64,000 nt of DNA from the human T2T-CHM13v2.0 reference genome, Homo sapiens: the NCBI RefSeq assembly GCF_009914755.1, contig NC_060929.1, one strand, 5' to 3'. The number at the start of each line of letters is the position of its first letter. Positions within the stretch are counted from its first letter, which is position 1. The translations under genes were made by a program, and so were the position numbers. Positions 61,960-64,000 of this stretch are shown here, one piece after another. The notes beneath the pieces were generated by a model. It worked only from the letters and a program-made list of their open reading frames with translations, had not been told where the DNA came from and searched no databases.

Positions 61960-63297
61960 CTTTAATTTTAAAAAAAAGTATGAGAAATAAATTAAGTAGA
62001 AAATAAAAGTAAACTCACATACTTATTTGTTAAGTAAAACTTTTTAACAAATGTTAAGATGTGCACACTTATTTGCTTGTTTATACCTGTGACTCTAAAA
62101 AGAACATGAAGTCGCTGCCCATAAAATCTGTCTCCAGCAAGTACCTTTGGGTCTTTCCCCCCTCTTTCTTTCTAGTTTTACTGCTTTAGTCAACAGATGC
62201 CAGGTCCATCAATTGTTAAGAAACTCTAGAGTCCACCTGCAGGAGAGGCAGCAAGGGGAACCACAGAGCCAAGAAAATAAGAAAGCCAAGGAGGAAGGAC
62301 CTGGGCTACCCAGGATCTTCAGCCTGGCTCCCTTTTTACAACAGTGATCAGAGAAGCCCTTACTCCAGGCACGGGTCTGAATCCACACAGGTCGGTCAGC
62401 CCCGGGCAGGTTCAGGCTATTCAAACTGACCTTTTCCTGGCTTCCGCCTTATCTTGGCTTCATCCCTCCAGATGAGAATGACTTTCAAATGCTATTTCCT
62501 GACCTAGTATCATCTTTCAGTCCTAAGAATGTAAATGTAACTGAGTTGTTCTACCCTCAACAAATTGTTTTAGAAACCCCTGGGGAGACATGGAGGAAGG
62601 GACTAATCAGAAGCCTCCAGGCACCAGTGGGGAGGGGTGTGTCACCTCTCACATCCTCAGGAGTCTTAGCTTAAGATAAAGATAGAGCTATTTAACTCCA
62701 AATCCACTTTTAACCCTGGCTTTTTGAGGAATCCTCTGTATAACTGTCCTAGGATAGGGTCATAGCGGAGTACTTTGTAACAGCCAACAAAGAGGAGAGA
62801 GGAAAGATGACGAGGTATTAAAAAAAAAAAAAGACTTGCACCCTAGTATACTATCCATGATGGAATTAAAGTAAGCCTATAAAATTTTGTATCTGACAGA
62901 GGCATATAACCCATAGTATTAGTAGATGGCAGCTTAGTTTATTATTTTTATAAAGGCTAAAAACCTCTACAGATTCAATTCCCAAAGTAAAAGCTTACCT
63001 TTTGAAATGATGAAAATTAACAAATATGGCAGATATTTAATACGATAGTAGAAAGTGTATGTGATCAATAAATCAGAAAAAGCAAAGAGAAGGGAGAAGG
63101 GAGACTGGAAAAGAAATAGGGAGATAAAAGAGGAACTGAGAGAGTATACAAAAGTTAAAGAATAATAAAATCCTGGGTGACAAGTTAATTGCATTCACAC
63201 CCTAAGGTATTTCTCATCTGAAGCTTGAGAGGAAAACTTTGGTGGTGCTTCAAGTACCAGTATCATCACAGGAATGTGGTTGCAAAGGGGATTGAAA

Positions 63298-64000
63298 AAT
63301 ATTGTTAAAATGGCCATACAGCCCAAAGCAATATACAGATGCAATGCTATTCCTATCAAACTACCAACATCATTTTTTCACAGGAAAGAACTATTCTAAA
63401 ATGGACCCTCCCTCCAAAAAAGCCCAAACAGCCAAAGCAACTCTAAGCAGAAAGAACAAAGCTGGAGGCATCACACTACCTGACTTCAAACTGTACTACA
63501 AGGCTACAGTAACAAAAACAGCATGGTATGGTACAAAAACTGACAAAAAGACCAATGCAATAGGATAGAGAACCCAGAAACAAAGTCATACACCTACAAC
63601 CATCTGATCTTCAACAAAAGCAACTAGAACAAGCAATGGGGAAAGGACTCCCTAAATGGTGCTGGGATGGCCAGTCATATGCAGAAGAGTGAAACTGGAC
63701 CTCTTCCTTTTACTATATTCAAAAATCCACTCAAGATAGATTAAGAACTTAAATGTAAGACCTCAAACTATGAAAATACATCTTAGAAGAAAACCTAGGA
63801 AATATCATTCTGGACATCAGCCTTGGTGAAGAATTTATAACTAAGTCCCCAAAAGCAATTGCAACAAAACCAAAAATTGACAAGTGAGACTTTAAAGAGC
63901 TTCTGCACAACAAAAGAAACTATCAACAGAGTAAACAGACAATCTACAGAAAAGGAGAAAATATTCACAAACTATGTATCTGACAAAGGTCTAATATCCA
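63298..64000 (+). mobile_element. L1PB/L1MA ORF2 3' region, cut by window end
   Basis: Translation [26 protein letters not shown] is L1 ORF2p. Confidence 0.95.

Noticed and set aside
62930-62990. Weak resemblance to a mitochondrial tRNA-Leu fragment (taaaggctaaaaacctctacagattcaattccc)
   Set aside because: Too short and degenerate, no cloverleaf and no flanking mtDNA similarity

Overview
Human genomic DNA, recognised as the 3' half of EPB41L4A (NBL4, a band-4.1/FERM family gene, 5q22) on the minus strand. It lies tail-to-tail with the CpG-island lncRNA EPB41L4A-AS1 (C5orf26/TIGA1) on the plus strand, whose first intron hosts the H/ACA snoRNA SNORA13. I assembled ten EPB41L4A coding exons by hand from GT/AG boundaries (883 nt, one open frame ending ...IQASRLKTET*). 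The rest is mostly Alu, L1, L2, CR1/L3, MaLR/ERVL LTRs and MER DNA transposons, and nearly all listed six-frame ORFs are repeat artefacts. The least explained structure is at 1.4-4.7 kb. There, a ~145 bp unique sequence is present twice in inverted orientation, one copy sitting inside an Alu between its body and A-tail. The two copies bracket a candidate CR1-derived exon with strong splice sites, near a consensus CTCF site, a fold-back repair scar and a palindromic VNTR. Other leads are a predicted NMD-escaping 89-aa splice variant of the TIGA1 microprotein, eight consecutive symmetric phase-2 exons that could form a stop-free circRNA, and an L2-donated polyA site. Repeat subfamily names and borders are by eye and approximate. 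Nothing here was checked against databases.
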